From Bacillota bacterium (GTDB lineage Bacteria > Bacillota > Clostridia > Oscillospirales > Ruminococcaceae): a stretch of 64,000 nucleotides of DNA. Shown piece after piece: positions 28,335 through 38,272 of this stretch (within the stretch, counting starts at the first letter, position 1; each line of letters opens with the position of its first letter). The notes beneath the pieces were generated by a model. It worked only from the letters and a program-made list of their open reading frames with translations. It was not told the origin of the DNA and ran no database searches. Made by a program: the position numbers and the translations under genes. The DNA lies in NCBI GenBank assembly GCA_023429785.1, contig JAEZDD010000003.1, forward strand, positions 199,402 through 263,401, read 5' to 3'.

Positions 28335-29102
28335 TTATTTTGAAGCTGCGTCAAGAAGAACAGCGAAATCCTCTGCCTTTAAAGAAGCACCGCCGATTAG
28401 TCCGCCGTCAATATTTTCTTTTGAAAGAAGTCCCTCTGCGTTCTTAGGGTTCATTGAGCCGCCGTATTGGATTGTCATTGCGTCAGCATCAGACTTTGAA
28501 TAAAGCTTAGCGACAACTCCGCGAATGTATCCGCAAACCTCCTCAGCCTGTTCATCTGTCGCAGTTTTTCCTGTTCCGATTGCCCATACCGGTTCATAAG
28601 CTATTACAACATTCTTTAGCTCCTCAGCTGATACATCCATCAATGCAATCTTTGTCTGAAGTCCGCAAATTTCTTCTGTGATGCCTTGTTCTCTTTGCTC
28701 TAAAAGCTCGCCAACGCATAGGATAACCTTTAGCCCGGCTGAAAGAGCAGCTTTTGTTCTCTTATTTACAGTTACATCAGTTTCGCCGAAATATTGTCTT
28801 CTCTCTGAGTGACCAAGAACAACGTATTCAACGCCAACCTCTTTAAGCATATCTGCTGAAATTTCACCGGTGAAAGCTCCGCTTTTCTCAAAATGGCAGT
28901 TCTGAGCCCCAACCTTAATATTTGTGCCCTTTGTAAGCTCAACAGCAGTTTCTAAATTTGTGAAAGGAACGCATATCACAACGCCGCAGCTTGCCTTTTC
29001 AGCATAAGGCTTTAGTGCCTCGATAAGAGCCTTTGCCTCAGGACGAGTTTTGTTCATCTTCCAGTTTCCAGCTATAATAGCTTGTCTTAATTCTTTTTTC
29101 AT
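28335..29102 (-). CDS. tpiA: Triosephosphate isomerase
   Basis: 255 aa with AGNWKMN, GHSERR, AYEPVWAIGTG and GGASL motifs. Confidence 0.96.
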   Translation of the reverse strand: MKKELRQAIIAGNWKMNKTRPEAKALIEALKPYAEKASCGVVICVPFTNLETAVELTKGTNIKVGAQNCHFEKSGAFTGEISADMLKEVGVEYVVLGHSERRQYFGETDVTVNKRTKAALSAGLKVILCVGELLEQREQGITEEICGLQTKIALMDVSAEELKNVVIAYEPVWAIGTGKTATDEQAEEVCGYIRGVVAKLYSKSDADAMTIQYGGSMNPKNAEGLLSKENIDGGLIGGASLKAEDFAVLLDAASK

Positions 29103-29130
29103 TTAAAAATCTCCTTATTATTATAAGTAA

Positions 29131-29151
29131 AGGCAGGCAAAAAGCCTGCCT
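29131..29151 (-). other. Intercistronic hairpin between pgk and tpiA
   Basis: AGGCAGGC-AAAAA-GCCTGCCT. The T-tract on the coding (minus) strand is weak, so this is likely a processing or stability element, or a partial terminator. Confidence 0.5.
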
Positions 29152-29162
29152 CTTTATTTTTA

Positions 29163-30380
29163 TTAGTTTTTGTCAGCGATTACTGCGATACCAGGAAGAA
29201 CCTTGCCCTCAAGGTATTCAAGAGAAGCGCCGCCACCGGTTGAAATATGGCTCATCTTGTCAGCAAAGCCAAGCTGGATAACAGCAGCAGCAGAGTCGCC
29301 GCCACCGATTATTGTTGTTGCATCTGTGTCAGCTAAAGCCTTAGCAACAGCGATTGTTCCTTTTGCCAGAATTGGGTTTTCAAACACGCCCATAGGACCG
29401 TTCCATACAACTGTTTTTGCACTCTTAACGGCGCCGGCGAATAATTCCTGAGTTTTTTCTCCGATATCAAGTCCCATTTTATCAGCTGGAATTTTGTCAG
29501 CGTCAACAACAGAAACTTCAATCGGTGCATCTATTGGGTCAGGGAAGCTTGCTGCAATTGTTGTGTCAACAGGCAGAAGAAGATTCTTTCCAAGCTTTTG
29601 AGCCTTTTCAAGCATTTCCTTACAATAATCAACCTTTTCTAAATCAACAAGTGAAGAGCCAACCTCATAGCCCTTAGCCTTTAGGAATGTATATGCCATA
29701 CCGCCACCGATGATAAGTGTATCGCACTTTTCAATCAGGTTTGAGATAACGTTTAGCTTGTCGGCAACCTTTGCTCCGCCAAGTATAGCAACGAAAGGAC
29801 GAACAGGGACTTCAACAGCATTCCCTAAATAGTTAATTTCCTTCTGCATCAGATAACCAACAGCGGTTTCTTTAATATAATCAGTCACGCCGGCAGTTGA
29901 AGCATGTGCTCTATGAGCTGAGCCGAACGCATCCATTACAAATACATCAGCCAGAGAAGCCAACTCCTTGCTGAATTCTGCGCCGTTCTTTGTTTCATCA
30001 GCGCCTCTGAAACGAGTATTCTGAAGAAGAACAACGTCGCCTTCATTCATAGCTGAAACAGCTGCCTTTGCATTTTCACCAACAACTGTATCGTCGTTTG
30101 CGAATACAACCTGCTTGCCTAATAATTCTGAAAGTCTAACTGCAACTGGAGCTAGAGAAAACTTCTCTTCCGGACCATTCTTTGGCTTTCCCAGATGAGA
30201 GCAAAGAACAACCTTTCCACCATCACTAATCAATTTCTTGATTGTTGGAAGTGCAGCGGTGATTCTGTTGTCGTTTGTAATAACTCCGTCCTTTAGCGGA
30301 ACATTGAAATCGCAGCGAACAAGAACTCTCTTCCCTTTAACGTTAATGTCATCGATTGAAACCTTATTTAGTCCTGCCAT
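29163..30380 (-). CDS. pgk: Phosphoglycerate kinase
   Basis: The likely start is [11 protein letters not shown] at 30380; the track extends to 30398. Motifs include [15 protein letters not shown] and GGGDSAAA. Confidence 0.96.
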   Translation of the reverse strand: MAGLNKVSIDDINVKGKRVLVRCDFNVPLKDGVITNDNRITAALPTIKKLISDGGKVVLCSHLGKPKNGPEEKFSLAPVAVRLSELLGKQVVFANDDTVVGENAKAAVSAMNEGDVVLLQNTRFRGADETKNGAEFSKELASLADVFVMDAFGSAHRAHASTAGVTDYIKETAVGYLMQKEINYLGNAVEVPVRPFVAILGGAKVADKLNVISNLIEKCDTLIIGGGMAYTFLKAKGYEVGSSLVDLEKVDYCKEMLEKAQKLGKNLLLPVDTTIAASFPDPIDAPIEVSVVDADKIPADKMGLDIGEKTQELFAGAVKSAKTVVWNGPMGVFENPILAKGTIAVAKALADTDATTIIGGGDSAAAVIQLGFADKMSHISTGGGASLEYLEGKVLPGIAVIADKN

Positions 30381-30533
30381 ATACTGACATCCTTTCATTT
30401 ATAAATACATAATTAATAGTTGTTAAAAAATAAACAACCATTAATTATTTTATACCAATTTCTAAATATAATCAATACCTAAAAAAGATAAAAAATTCTA
30501 CAATTTTCAACTAATTTTGTATGAAATATGATA

Positions 30534-31409
30534 TTAATTATTTTTCTGAGCTTTTATCGCTATCCCAGCGACCTCAGGGCCGGCGTTATTCGCAACAGCA
30601 GCACCAATTTTTATTGTCATTGCCGGCGGATATCCAAGACGCTTTGACATTTCTTTAGTAACCTCATGCGCATGCTCATCAACGCTACCTTTTATAATAA
30701 TATATGGAGTATGAGGAATCATATTCTTGCACGCTGTATCAGCAATTTTTGGAATAATATTTTTATTACCTCTTATTTTATCAATTACATTCGATTTTCC
30801 GTCAACCATCTGAATGAGCGGGCGAAGACCTAAAAGCTCACCCATAAATGCGGCGGCGGCACTGACACGACCGGAACGCTTAACCTGTTCAAGCGAATAT
30901 GGAACAAAATATAACTCAACGCATGAAAACCAATCTTTAAGATATGAGATTATTTCATCCGATGTTGCGCCTTTTTTCGCTTTAATCGCCGCTTCAACAA
31001 CACAATATCCATATCCTGCTGTGTATGAAAGCGAATCAATGACATGAATCCTAAACTTCCCTTTTGCGTTTGGATTTTCTTCAAAAAAGGTGTCGATAGC
31101 CAATAATGCAGAGCTGTATGTACTAGACCCTGTTGAAGAAATTGTAACATTTATTATATCAGTATATCCCTCGTCAAAAATCTCCTTATAAGCTTCAACA
31201 AAGCGAAATGCAGTAATTTGAGCTGTGGTTGGGAGTTCAGTAGCCGTCCTTAGAAATTCATAGAATTCATCGTTTGTGATAGTTTCTCTTTCGATATAGC
31301 TCTTTCCGTCCACAATAAGCGGAAAGCCAAGTATTTTTATACCTAGCTCGGATTCATGCTCAGCCGAAATATCACAAGCAGAGTCAGTCATTATTTTGAT
31401 TTTTTGCAT
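30534..31409 (-). CDS. DegV family fatty-acid-binding protein
   Basis: MQKIKIMTDSACDI... is a typical DegV N-terminus. GGAGG RBS. The start lies 2 nt after the trmL stop. Confidence 0.88.
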   Translation of the reverse strand: MQKIKIMTDSACDISAEHESELGIKILGFPLIVDGKSYIERETITNDEFYEFLRTATELPTTAQITAFRFVEAYKEIFDEGYTDIINVTISSTGSSTYSSALLAIDTFFEENPNAKGKFRIHVIDSLSYTAGYGYCVVEAAIKAKKGATSDEIISYLKDWFSCVELYFVPYSLEQVKRSGRVSAAAAFMGELLGLRPLIQMVDGKSNVIDKIRGNKNIIPKIADTACKNMIPHTPYIIIKGSVDEHAHEVTKEMSKRLGYPPAMTIKIGAAVANNAGPEVAGIAIKAQKNN

Positions 31410-31411
31410 AA

Positions 31412-31909
31412 TTACCTCCATGTATATTTAGTCAGCGAGCCTTGCCTGTTTAAGTCAGGGAAATCCCACTGTCTTAAAATTTCATAGGCTGCTATAGCAA
31501 CAGAATTAGATAAATTCAGACTTCTTAATTCAGGACGCATAGGAATCCTCACACAATTTTTCTGATTTTCATAGAGGATTTCTTCAGGCAACCCTTTATC
31601 CTCTCTCCCAAAAAAAATATATGAGTTGTTTGGATATTTCACTTCGCTATATACATTCTGCCCTTTTGTTGTAAAAAAATAATAGTTCCCTTTATTTTTA
31701 TCAAAGAATTCCTCAAGGTTTTCATAATAATGAACGTCAAGCTCATCCCAATAGTCAAGCCCGGCTCTTTTCAATGACTTGTCTGAAATTTCAAAGCCGA
31801 AGGGTTTAATTAAATGAAGACTTGCCCCCGTAACCGCACAGGTCCTTGAAATATTCCCTGTATTTTGTGGGATTTGTGGCTCGACAAGAACTATATTCAA
31901 TTTATACAT
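31412..31909 (-). CDS. trmL: tRNA (cytidine/uridine-2'-O)-methyltransferase TrmL (SpoU/TrmH family)
   Basis: MYKLNIVLVEPQIPQNTGNISRTCA...NLSNSVAIAAYE, SPOUT motifs. Confidence 0.85.
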   Translation of the reverse strand: MYKLNIVLVEPQIPQNTGNISRTCAVTGASLHLIKPFGFEISDKSLKRAGLDYWDELDVHYYENLEEFFDKNKGNYYFFTTKGQNVYSEVKYPNNSYIFFGREDKGLPEEILYENQKNCVRIPMRPELRSLNLSNSVAIAAYEILRQWDFPDLNRQGSLTKYTWR

Positions 31910-32021
31910 CACACTTACTCCCATTATACCATACTAATAAAAATGTCGCAATATTTTTATTTATGTATATTATTTTATTATTCTGCTGAGTTTAAACAAC
32001 AATGGTAATGATATTATAATT

Positions 32022-32052
32022 AAAAAGCTAACTTATAGCGTCGAGATAAGTT
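32022..32052 (-). terminator. Putative terminator after pdxK
   Basis: Minus strand AACTTAT-8 nt loop-ATAAGTT followed by AGCTTTTT. Confidence 0.5.
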
Positions 32053-32072
32053 GTAGAAGAAATCCAGCATTG

Positions 32073-32933
32073 TCATAAGGTCTCAAACTCCCTCAAAGTC
32101 ATATTCTGAACCAGCCAGCTTAATACCGACTCAATCATTATCCCGTTTCGTGGCTCTGTCGAATAGCTATAGGTTGTTTTTATAGCCAGCTCCGCAAAGC
32201 TGGTCGCACGATTTATCGCAATAGGAAGACTATCACCTTTTAAAAGAGAGCCGACAAGCACACTTGAAAAAACATCACCTGAGCCGGGATAATTAACCGG
32301 AACATAATCGCATGAAAGCTTCCAGAACGAATTGTTATCTTTATCATAGCCGACATTGCAATTTGTCCCGTCAGCTAAAATTATGCTTGTCATTACGACT
32401 ATTCTCGGGCCTTTTTCTGAAAGGCGGACGAGCCAGCTTTTCGTCTGTTGAGTCGTCATTGGAGCAGTCGGGAATTTCTCATTTAATAGAATTGCCGCTT
32501 CAGTTAGATTCGGCGTTATAACATCAGCAATCCTGACCAGCTCAATCATTCTCTTGCAAAGCTCAAAATTACAGGTTTTATACGCTTTCCCGTGGTCGCC
32601 CATAACAGGGTCAACAACCTTTAGCGAGTCAGGGAAGCTCTGAAAAAACTCAAGACAATGGTCAATCTGACCTGTTGAAGCTAAAAAACCACTGTATATG
32701 CAATCAAAGCTTTCCTTCAAGCGCTTGTAATGCTCTAGCGCCGGAACAGTATAATCAGTCATATCCCTTAAAACCACATCACCAAAGCCGCCTGTATGCG
32801 AGGATAGTATTGCAGTTGGAACCGGGCATACCTGAACGCCCATAACTGACAAAATTGGAATTATTACAGTTAAGGAGCATCTTCCTATCCCAGACAAGTC
32901 GTGAATTGCCGCAACTTTTTTGTTAGAATTCAT
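32073..32933 (-). CDS. pdxK: Pyridoxal/pyridoxamine kinase
   Basis: 286 aa with VAAIHDLSGIGRCSL...DPVMGDHGK...GSGDVFSS, ribokinase-superfamily PdxK/PdxY type. Confidence 0.85.
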   Translation of the reverse strand: MNSNKKVAAIHDLSGIGRCSLTVIIPILSVMGVQVCPVPTAILSSHTGGFGDVVLRDMTDYTVPALEHYKRLKESFDCIYSGFLASTGQIDHCLEFFQSFPDSLKVVDPVMGDHGKAYKTCNFELCKRMIELVRIADVITPNLTEAAILLNEKFPTAPMTTQQTKSWLVRLSEKGPRIVVMTSIILADGTNCNVGYDKDNNSFWKLSCDYVPVNYPGSGDVFSSVLVGSLLKGDSLPIAINRATSFAELAIKTTYSYSTEPRNGIMIESVLSWLVQNMTLREFETL

Positions 32934-33128
32934 TGAAAAGCCCCCCGTTTTTTGTCAAAATTATTTTTATACCAAAATATTCAACAATTATTATAGCATA
33001 AAAATGTTTTTTTAACAATAATGTTTAATTTATTTTAATATTTATAGATTTTTATTGGAAAAAATATTTTGGCATAATTGCTTTTTTATTTCAAATAATA
33101 GTATTAATCTTTTGAGGAGGATTTAAAT

Positions 33129-33302
33129 ATGAACGCTGGACCATTTATTAAAGGAATGTCTGTTGGGCTGACCGTCGGTGCTATAACATATGCAATGACA
33201 AACGTAACTTCAAGACAAAAGAAACGTATGAAGAAAACCGCTAATAACGCTATGAGATCATTCTCTTCCGTTATTGAAGGCATTTCTTATATGATGCACT
33301 AG
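33129..33302 (+). CDS. Unannotated small protein (57 aa), probably membrane-associated
   Basis: Below the ORF-track cutoff. GAGGAGG RBS 7 nt before the ATG. MNAGPFIKGMSVGLTVGAITYAMTNVTSRQKKRMKKTANNAMRSFSSVIEGISYMMH*. A strong terminator follows directly. Confidence 0.55.
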   Translation: MNAGPFIKGMSVGLTVGAITYAMTNVTSRQKKRMKKTANNAMRSFSSVIEGISYMMH

Positions 33303-33311
33303 TCAGACAAT

Positions 33312-33344
33312 AAAAAATCGGCACATAATGTGCCGATTTTTCTT
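33312..33344. terminator. Bidirectional terminator shared by the sORF (+) and the PadR-PspC operon (-)
   Basis: AAAATCGGCACA-TAA-TGTGCCGATTTT flanked by A-runs and T-runs on both sides. Confidence 0.8.
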
Positions 33345-33542
33345 TTAAAAGGTTTTGCTTTTTGTCGGGACGATTATTGCTGCTATAATATATGCAAGCA
33401 ATCCAGCCCCCGCGCTGAAGCATGATAGAACAACTGTCCCTAATCTGACAATGCTGTAATCCAAATTGAAATACTCTGCTAACCCTCCGCATACTCCTGC
33501 GAAAATTTTCCCGTCCTCAACACGATAAAGTTTTTTTGGCAT
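33345..33542 (-). CDS. PspC domain-containing small membrane protein
   Basis: 65 aa. KLYRVEDGKIFAGVCGGLAEYFNLDYSIVRLG is the PspC-domain signature, followed by one TM helix. Confidence 0.8.
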   Translation of the reverse strand: MPKKLYRVEDGKIFAGVCGGLAEYFNLDYSIVRLGTVVLSCFSAGAGLLAYIIAAIIVPTKSKTF

Positions 33543-33546
33543 AAAA

Positions 33547-34353
33547 TTATCCTCCTATATAAATATTTACTGCACCGATACCATTACTTATGCTAAAATC
33601 ATTTTCCCCATTAATGTTCTTAAAATCATTTGCGCTGCGTCCATTGATTCTAACATCTCCAAGGCCATTTCTAACATCAAATTTATAATCACTTGTATTT
33701 CCCGATAGATTCATTCTCACTTCGCCGATTCCGCCTTTAATATTACACTTCCCTGCTATTTTTCCGTTATAGCTGACTTCACCGATGCCGGCATTTAAAT
33801 CAAATTCTGTAAATGTGCAATCATACAGCCTTTGTGAACCGATGCCACTTTTGAACTTCGCATATTTCGCACTTAGCTTGTTATAAATTCCTTCACCGAT
33901 ACCGCAATCTATATTAATATTATCCGCATTAATATCTGAAAGCTCAAATTTCCCGGCGCCGGTTTTCACCTTAACATCTTCAAACTTAACATCTCGAGGT
34001 ATATAAACCGTTAAATTCGTGTTCCCATACCATCCAAAGCCGAAATGAAATACATCCCTTTTATTTTCAACAACCAGTGTATTATTTCTCACTTCACAAT
34101 TAATCGAGTCCTTATCAATGTTATCAGCCTCAACCTTAAAGGCCTCGCCTGTCTTTATCTGCATAGTGCCATATTTAAATTCTATATCCAGATTAGTTAT
34201 CTTTTCATTATTAAATTCCTTTGTAAATGATTCTTCATCGTGAAAATTAAAACCGTCTGTCGCAATTCCCAATCCAATACCCCCAAATAATAATACAAAC
34301 CCAATAATAATGAAAATAACTGCAACTATAACGCTAGTATGTCTTTTTTTCAT
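33547..34353 (-). CDS. DUF4097/LiaG-like putative beta-helical membrane-anchored protein
   Basis: 268 aa with an N-terminal TM helix, then repeated G-x-G-E/D-V strands (GIGEVSYNG, GIGEVRMNL, GLGDVRING, GIGAVNIYI). Confidence 0.75.
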   Translation of the reverse strand: MKKRHTSVIVAVIFIIIGFVLLFGGIGLGIATDGFNFHDEESFTKEFNNEKITNLDIEFKYGTMQIKTGEAFKVEADNIDKDSINCEVRNNTLVVENKRDVFHFGFGWYGNTNLTVYIPRDVKFEDVKVKTGAGKFELSDINADNINIDCGIGEGIYNKLSAKYAKFKSGIGSQRLYDCTFTEFDLNAGIGEVSYNGKIAGKCNIKGGIGEVRMNLSGNTSDYKFDVRNGLGDVRINGRSANDFKNINGENDFSISNGIGAVNIYIGG

Positions 34354-34358
34354 ATTTT

Positions 34359-34982
34359 CTAACTCCTTCCGCTGAAAATGTTTTTAAACAATCTTCCTAT
34401 CCCTTGGAAAAGCGCTTTTATTCCAGAGAATAGAAGCCTTGTTAACGGTGCAACAACAAGTATTGTTAATCCAATGCAGATAAATCCAATCCCGAATAAT
34501 AAAATTGAAAATGCCGGATTAACAAACAGGTTTATGGCGCCAAAAACAATAGAACAAATTGTTATTGCTCCGAATGCTATCAAAAGCGCAAAGGGTATTG
34601 TCAAAAGTCCGACCAGCAATCCGAGTGCGCCGCTCACAAATCCAATCCATATTGGAAAAGTTATTATAATTATAAGAATAATAAGAGCTGTCCTCGTCGA
34701 ATTGTTATTGCTTTGTGACTGTGCCGCATAAGCAGTCTGTGGTGGCGTGAATGTTGGAGCCGGGTTGCTATTAGCTGTATCCTCTGTGTCAACTCCACTT
34801 TCCTTTAAAATTGTCTGGGCCAGCTCCTTCGGGTCACCAAGGCTTGAAATCACTGCCTGCTCATTGTCAGCTCCGGCATCTTCAAAAAATTCGGCATAAT
34901 ATGCTATAGCTGATTCTCTTTCTTCATAAGGAAATCTGTTAAGGTTATCCCTTAACTCATTTAGAAATTCATTCTTTTTCAT
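34359..34982 (-). CDS. DUF1700 (HAAS-type) membrane protein, PadR-associated
   Basis: N-terminus MKKNEFLNELRDNLNRFPYEERESAIAYYAEFFEDAG is typical of DUF1700. C-terminal TM helices. 4-nt overlap with the padR stop. Confidence 0.75.
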   Translation of the reverse strand: MKKNEFLNELRDNLNRFPYEERESAIAYYAEFFEDAGADNEQAVISSLGDPKELAQTILKESGVDTEDTANSNPAPTFTPPQTAYAAQSQSNNNSTRTALIILIIIITFPIWIGFVSGALGLLVGLLTIPFALLIAFGAITICSIVFGAINLFVNPAFSILLFGIGFICIGLTILVVAPLTRLLFSGIKALFQGIGRLFKNIFSGRS

Positions 34983-35296
34983 ATTTGTCCTCCGTTCAAT
35001 ATTATCAGGTCAATACTTTTTTTATAGCTCTTCCAGTCCTCTTGATATTCGACTAGCGCCGCGATGCCCTTAGGCGTAACTTTATAATACCTTCTGTTTC
35101 GTCCCATATATGACATATCATAAGTTTCAAGGCAACTGTCTTTTTGCAATCGTCTGAGAACCGGATATAATGTTGATTCAGAAATTTCCATTGCCGAGCG
35201 AATTTCCTGAGTTATTTTATAACCATAGGTATCTTCCTTTTTGACAATAGCCAAAACCATCGCATCTAACAAGTTCGAGCTAATAGGGAATGCCAT
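34979..35296 (-). CDS. PadR family transcriptional regulator
   Basis: LLDAMVLAIVKKEDTYGYKITQEIRS...STLYPVLRRLQKD, a PadR winged helix. The track starts the ORF at GTG 35305. Confidence 0.88.
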   Translation of the reverse strand: MAFPISSNLLDAMVLAIVKKEDTYGYKITQEIRSAMEISESTLYPVLRRLQKDSCLETYDMSYMGRNRRYYKVTPKGIAALVEYQEDWKSYKKSIDLIILNGGQI

Positions 35297-35327
35297 AAGC
35301 CTCACCTCATCCTATATCGTTTACTAT

Positions 35328-35356
35328 ATTATACGTCGTATAATAATATTTGTCAA
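35328..35356 (-). promoter_or_regulatory. Consensus sigma-A promoter of the padR operon, with an overlapping 15-nt palindrome as candidate PadR operator
   Basis: Minus strand TTGACA-17-TATAAT. The palindrome TTATACG-N-CGTATAA (35329-35343) overlaps the -10 hexamer and spacer. Confidence 0.6.
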
Positions 35357-35371
35357 TACATAATATACAAG

Positions 35372-35413
35372 ATATAAAAAATTAAAAGCTCTGCCAAAAA
35401 CGGCAAAGCTTTT
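35372..35413 (-). terminator. Intrinsic terminator after the AraC-family gene
   Basis: Minus strand AAAGCTTTGCC-loop-GGCAGAGCTTT followed by TAATTTTTT. Confidence 0.65.
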
Positions 35414-35416
35414 TAA

Positions 35417-36235
35417 TCATTTTTTGTATAAATTCCTGAATTCATTGGGTGAAATAAGCTCATATCGCTTGAATAATGCACAGAAATAGCTGGCATCATT
35501 AAATCCGACTCTTTCAGCTATTTCATTAATTGAACTTTCCGTTGAAAGCAAAATTTCTTTAGCATTTTTTATCCGGATTCTAGCTATGTATTCGAATGGT
35601 CTAGTATTAAGGCACTCTTTAAAAAGTCTGCATATATATTGCGGAGAATAGCCTGATACTAGAGAAAGCTCTTCAAGAGTAATGTCCTTCGAAAATTTTT
35701 CATCGATATAAGCGAGAATCGGCTTCAGACTTAAAATCTTCGCATCCTCATTTTTGCTTGAAAACATCTTCTTATGAATACTTAATTCTATCAAAAAAGC
35801 ATATAGGGTATGACTGTTTTTATATCCGCAGAAATTTGAATCAGCATAGCAATGCTTAAAAATGTTATCAAAAAAATCCTGGGCTACGCATTTTTCTTTA
35901 AGCTTAATAATGCATAAATCCGATAGATTCAATGGCTTTAACAATCGTGGTACATCACAGCCGTCAAAAATCAACCGGTTTAATACACACATTCCTTCAT
36001 TTATAAATTGATATTCCGTATTTGGAGGAGCAATTATTACATTAAAGGTGTTGATGCTATACTCCTTTTTTCCCCATTTTAATTTTGCCTCACCGTCAAC
36101 AACCATTACGAGCTGATAATACGGAAACCCTTCTTCTCTGAATGAGCTTTTAGGATGGTATCCGCATTCAACGCCAATAATGTAAATAGGAAGATCTCTT
36201 TCTTCGCCTATACTAGGATAAATACAATTGTTCAA
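35417..36235 (-). CDS. AraC family transcriptional regulator
   Basis: 272 aa with a cupin-like N-terminus and a C-terminal double HTH (...YICRLFKECLNTRPFEYIARIRIKNAKEILL...GFNDASYFCALFKR). Confidence 0.85.
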   Translation of the reverse strand: MNNCIYPSIGEERDLPIYIIGVECGYHPKSSFREEGFPYYQLVMVVDGEAKLKWGKKEYSINTFNVIIAPPNTEYQFINEGMCVLNRLIFDGCDVPRLLKPLNLSDLCIIKLKEKCVAQDFFDNIFKHCYADSNFCGYKNSHTLYAFLIELSIHKKMFSSKNEDAKILSLKPILAYIDEKFSKDITLEELSLVSGYSPQYICRLFKECLNTRPFEYIARIRIKNAKEILLSTESSINEIAERVGFNDASYFCALFKRYELISPNEFRNLYKK

Positions 36236-36319
36236 TTAAATCCCTCAATTAATAGTTAATAAAATGATTATACCAAATTTTTTACTATAAATACAATATT
36301 TCTACAATAATTTCAAAAT

Positions 36320-38272
36320 TTATTCACAAATTGTAATCCACTCGTCGAATTTTTCTGATAAAATTGCTTTCAAACTATCTAATTTGTTACATTTTTGAGC
36401 CATAAGCTGATAGTCTGAAAAAATCTCCGGCAACAATATTTCAGCTTCTATTTCGTTAATCTGCTCCTGAAGCAGTTCAATATCATTTTCGAGGGACTTT
36501 ATCTGATTTTTTCTTTGGACCTCTATTGAACGCTGTTCACGGCTTTTGTAGGTCTTCGTTTTATTTTCGGCAGTCTGTTGCTTTTGCCTTTCGATTTTCT
36601 GTTGTTCGATTATTTTCTGCTCCTCCTGCTCCTGTTCTTGCTTTTGAGCCACATAAAAATCGAAGTTGCCCTTGTATTCATCTGCATTATCTGCGCCAAG
36701 CTCTAAAATTTTCGTTGAAATCTTATTAAGAAGGTATCTGTCATGCGAAACGAAAATAATCGTTCCATCAAAGGCCTCAAGAGCCTGCTCAAGCACTTCC
36801 TTTGTTGCTAGGTCAAGATGATTTGTCGGCTCGTCGAGGATTAAAACATTGCCCCCCTCGTGCATCATTATGGCAAAGCAAAGCTTCGCCCTTTCACCGC
36901 CGCTTATTACTTTGACCGGCTTAAACACGTTTTCACCAGTTAGAAGCACCTTCCCGAGCAGTGTTCTCAAGGATTGCTCCGTTTCTCTGGGGTAACGCCT
37001 GTGAAGCTCCTCAAGGACAGTGTTGTTGAAATTCAGATGTGAATTCTCCTGTTCAAAATAGCTGATTTTGACGTTATTCGCCCAGTGAATTTTCCCACGC
37101 TTTTTGGGCAGCTTCCCTTGAATTAGCTTTAATACCGTTGACTTCCCTATCCCGTTCGGGCCTATTATGCCAACCTTCTCGCCTCGGCGGACTTCAAAGC
37201 TGAGGCATGAAATCAATAGCTTTTCGTTTTCACCTTCACCCACTGAAACCTCAAGATTATCCACCTTTAAAATTTCCTTAGGCGGGATAATATCATATTC
37301 CAGCGTTATTTTGGGTGGCTTTTGATATGTCAAGGGTCTTTCAAGGACTTCAATTTTTTCAAGGGCACTTTCACGGCTTTTCGCCATATTCGCTGTCGAT
37401 GCCCTGACCTTATTCTTGTTGATATAATCCTGAAGCTGTGCTATCTGAAGCTGTTGCTGCTCATATTCCTTAATCTGACGCTCAACAAGCATTTCCTTCT
37501 GAACAACATAGCTTGAATAATCGCCCTTAAACGCTGTCAGCTGTCCTCGTTCAATTTCACAAATTTTAGTACATATTCTGTTTAAAAAATATCTATCGTG
37601 GGAAACTATTAATAGTGCACCCTTATACGATTGAAGATAATTCTCAAGCCACATCAGTGTTTTAAAGTCAAGATGATTGGTCGGCTCGTCAAGGATAAGT
37701 AGGTTTGGATTTTCAAGCAAGAGCTTCGCCAATGCTAGCCGTGTTTTTTCTCCGCCGCTCAGCGTCGAGATTTTTCTGTCGGTCGGTGTGTTCTCAAAGC
37801 CCATACCATTAAGTATAGTCTTGATTTTCACATCTATAAGATAGCCCTCCTGATTTTCAAAATATGCACTGATACTTGCATATTCAGATGAGGCGGATGA
37901 ATACTTATCTTTGTCGGCATTAATATCAAGGGCGGCGATAAGCCCTTCAAGCTCTCTCATTCGTTTTGATATATCAATGAGCTTTGAAAAGGTTGACAGC
38001 ATTTCCTGTAGGATTGTATTGTCATTATCAAGTCCGCTGTTTTGTTTTAAAAAACCGATGGTGTCATTTGAGGATATAGCTATTGCGCCCTTCCCGTCCT
38101 GAGTTTTGTCAAACTCCTCAATGCCGGTGAGGAGTTTCAATAAGGTGGTTTTCCCGCAGCCATTCACACCGATAAGACCTATTCGGTCGTTATCCTCTAT
38201 AGTCATATTTATATTTTTAAGAATTTGATTCCCGTTATAATATTTGTTGACGTTATCTAAACTTACCAGCAT
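36320..38272 (-). CDS. ABC-F family ATPase (two ABC domains, no TM domain, C-terminal coiled coil)
   Basis: 650 aa with Walker A motifs GVNGCGKTT and GPNGIGKST, two LSGGE signatures, and a Q/E-rich linker and tail. Confidence 0.9.
   Translation of the reverse strand: MLVSLDNVNKYYNGNQILKNINMTIEDNDRIGLIGVNGCGKTTLLKLLTGIEEFDKTQDGKGAIAISSNDTIGFLKQNSGLDNDNTILQEMLSTFSKLIDISKRMRELEGLIAALDINADKDKYSSASSEYASISAYFENQEGYLIDVKIKTILNGMGFENTPTDRKISTLSGGEKTRLALAKLLLENPNLLILDEPTNHLDFKTLMWLENYLQSYKGALLIVSHDRYFLNRICTKICEIERGQLTAFKGDYSSYVVQKEMLVERQIKEYEQQQLQIAQLQDYINKNKVRASTANMAKSRESALEKIEVLERPLTYQKPPKITLEYDIIPPKEILKVDNLEVSVGEGENEKLLISCLSFEVRRGEKVGIIGPNGIGKSTVLKLIQGKLPKKRGKIHWANNVKISYFEQENSHLNFNNTVLEELHRRYPRETEQSLRTLLGKVLLTGENVFKPVKVISGGERAKLCFAIMMHEGGNVLILDEPTNHLDLATKEVLEQALEAFDGTIIFVSHDRYLLNKISTKILELGADNADEYKGNFDFYVAQKQEQEQEEQKIIEQQKIERQKQQTAENKTKTYKSREQRSIEVQRKNQIKSLENDIELLQEQINEIEAEILLPEIFSDYQLMAQKCNKLDSLKAILSEKFDEWITICE

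Noticed and set aside
29103-30533. The absence of gap (GAPDH), cggR and eno around pgk-tpiA-gpmI as evidence of an unusual glycolytic locus.
   Set aside because: Split glycolytic clusters are common, and the missing genes are probably elsewhere in the genome. This is not informative from one window.
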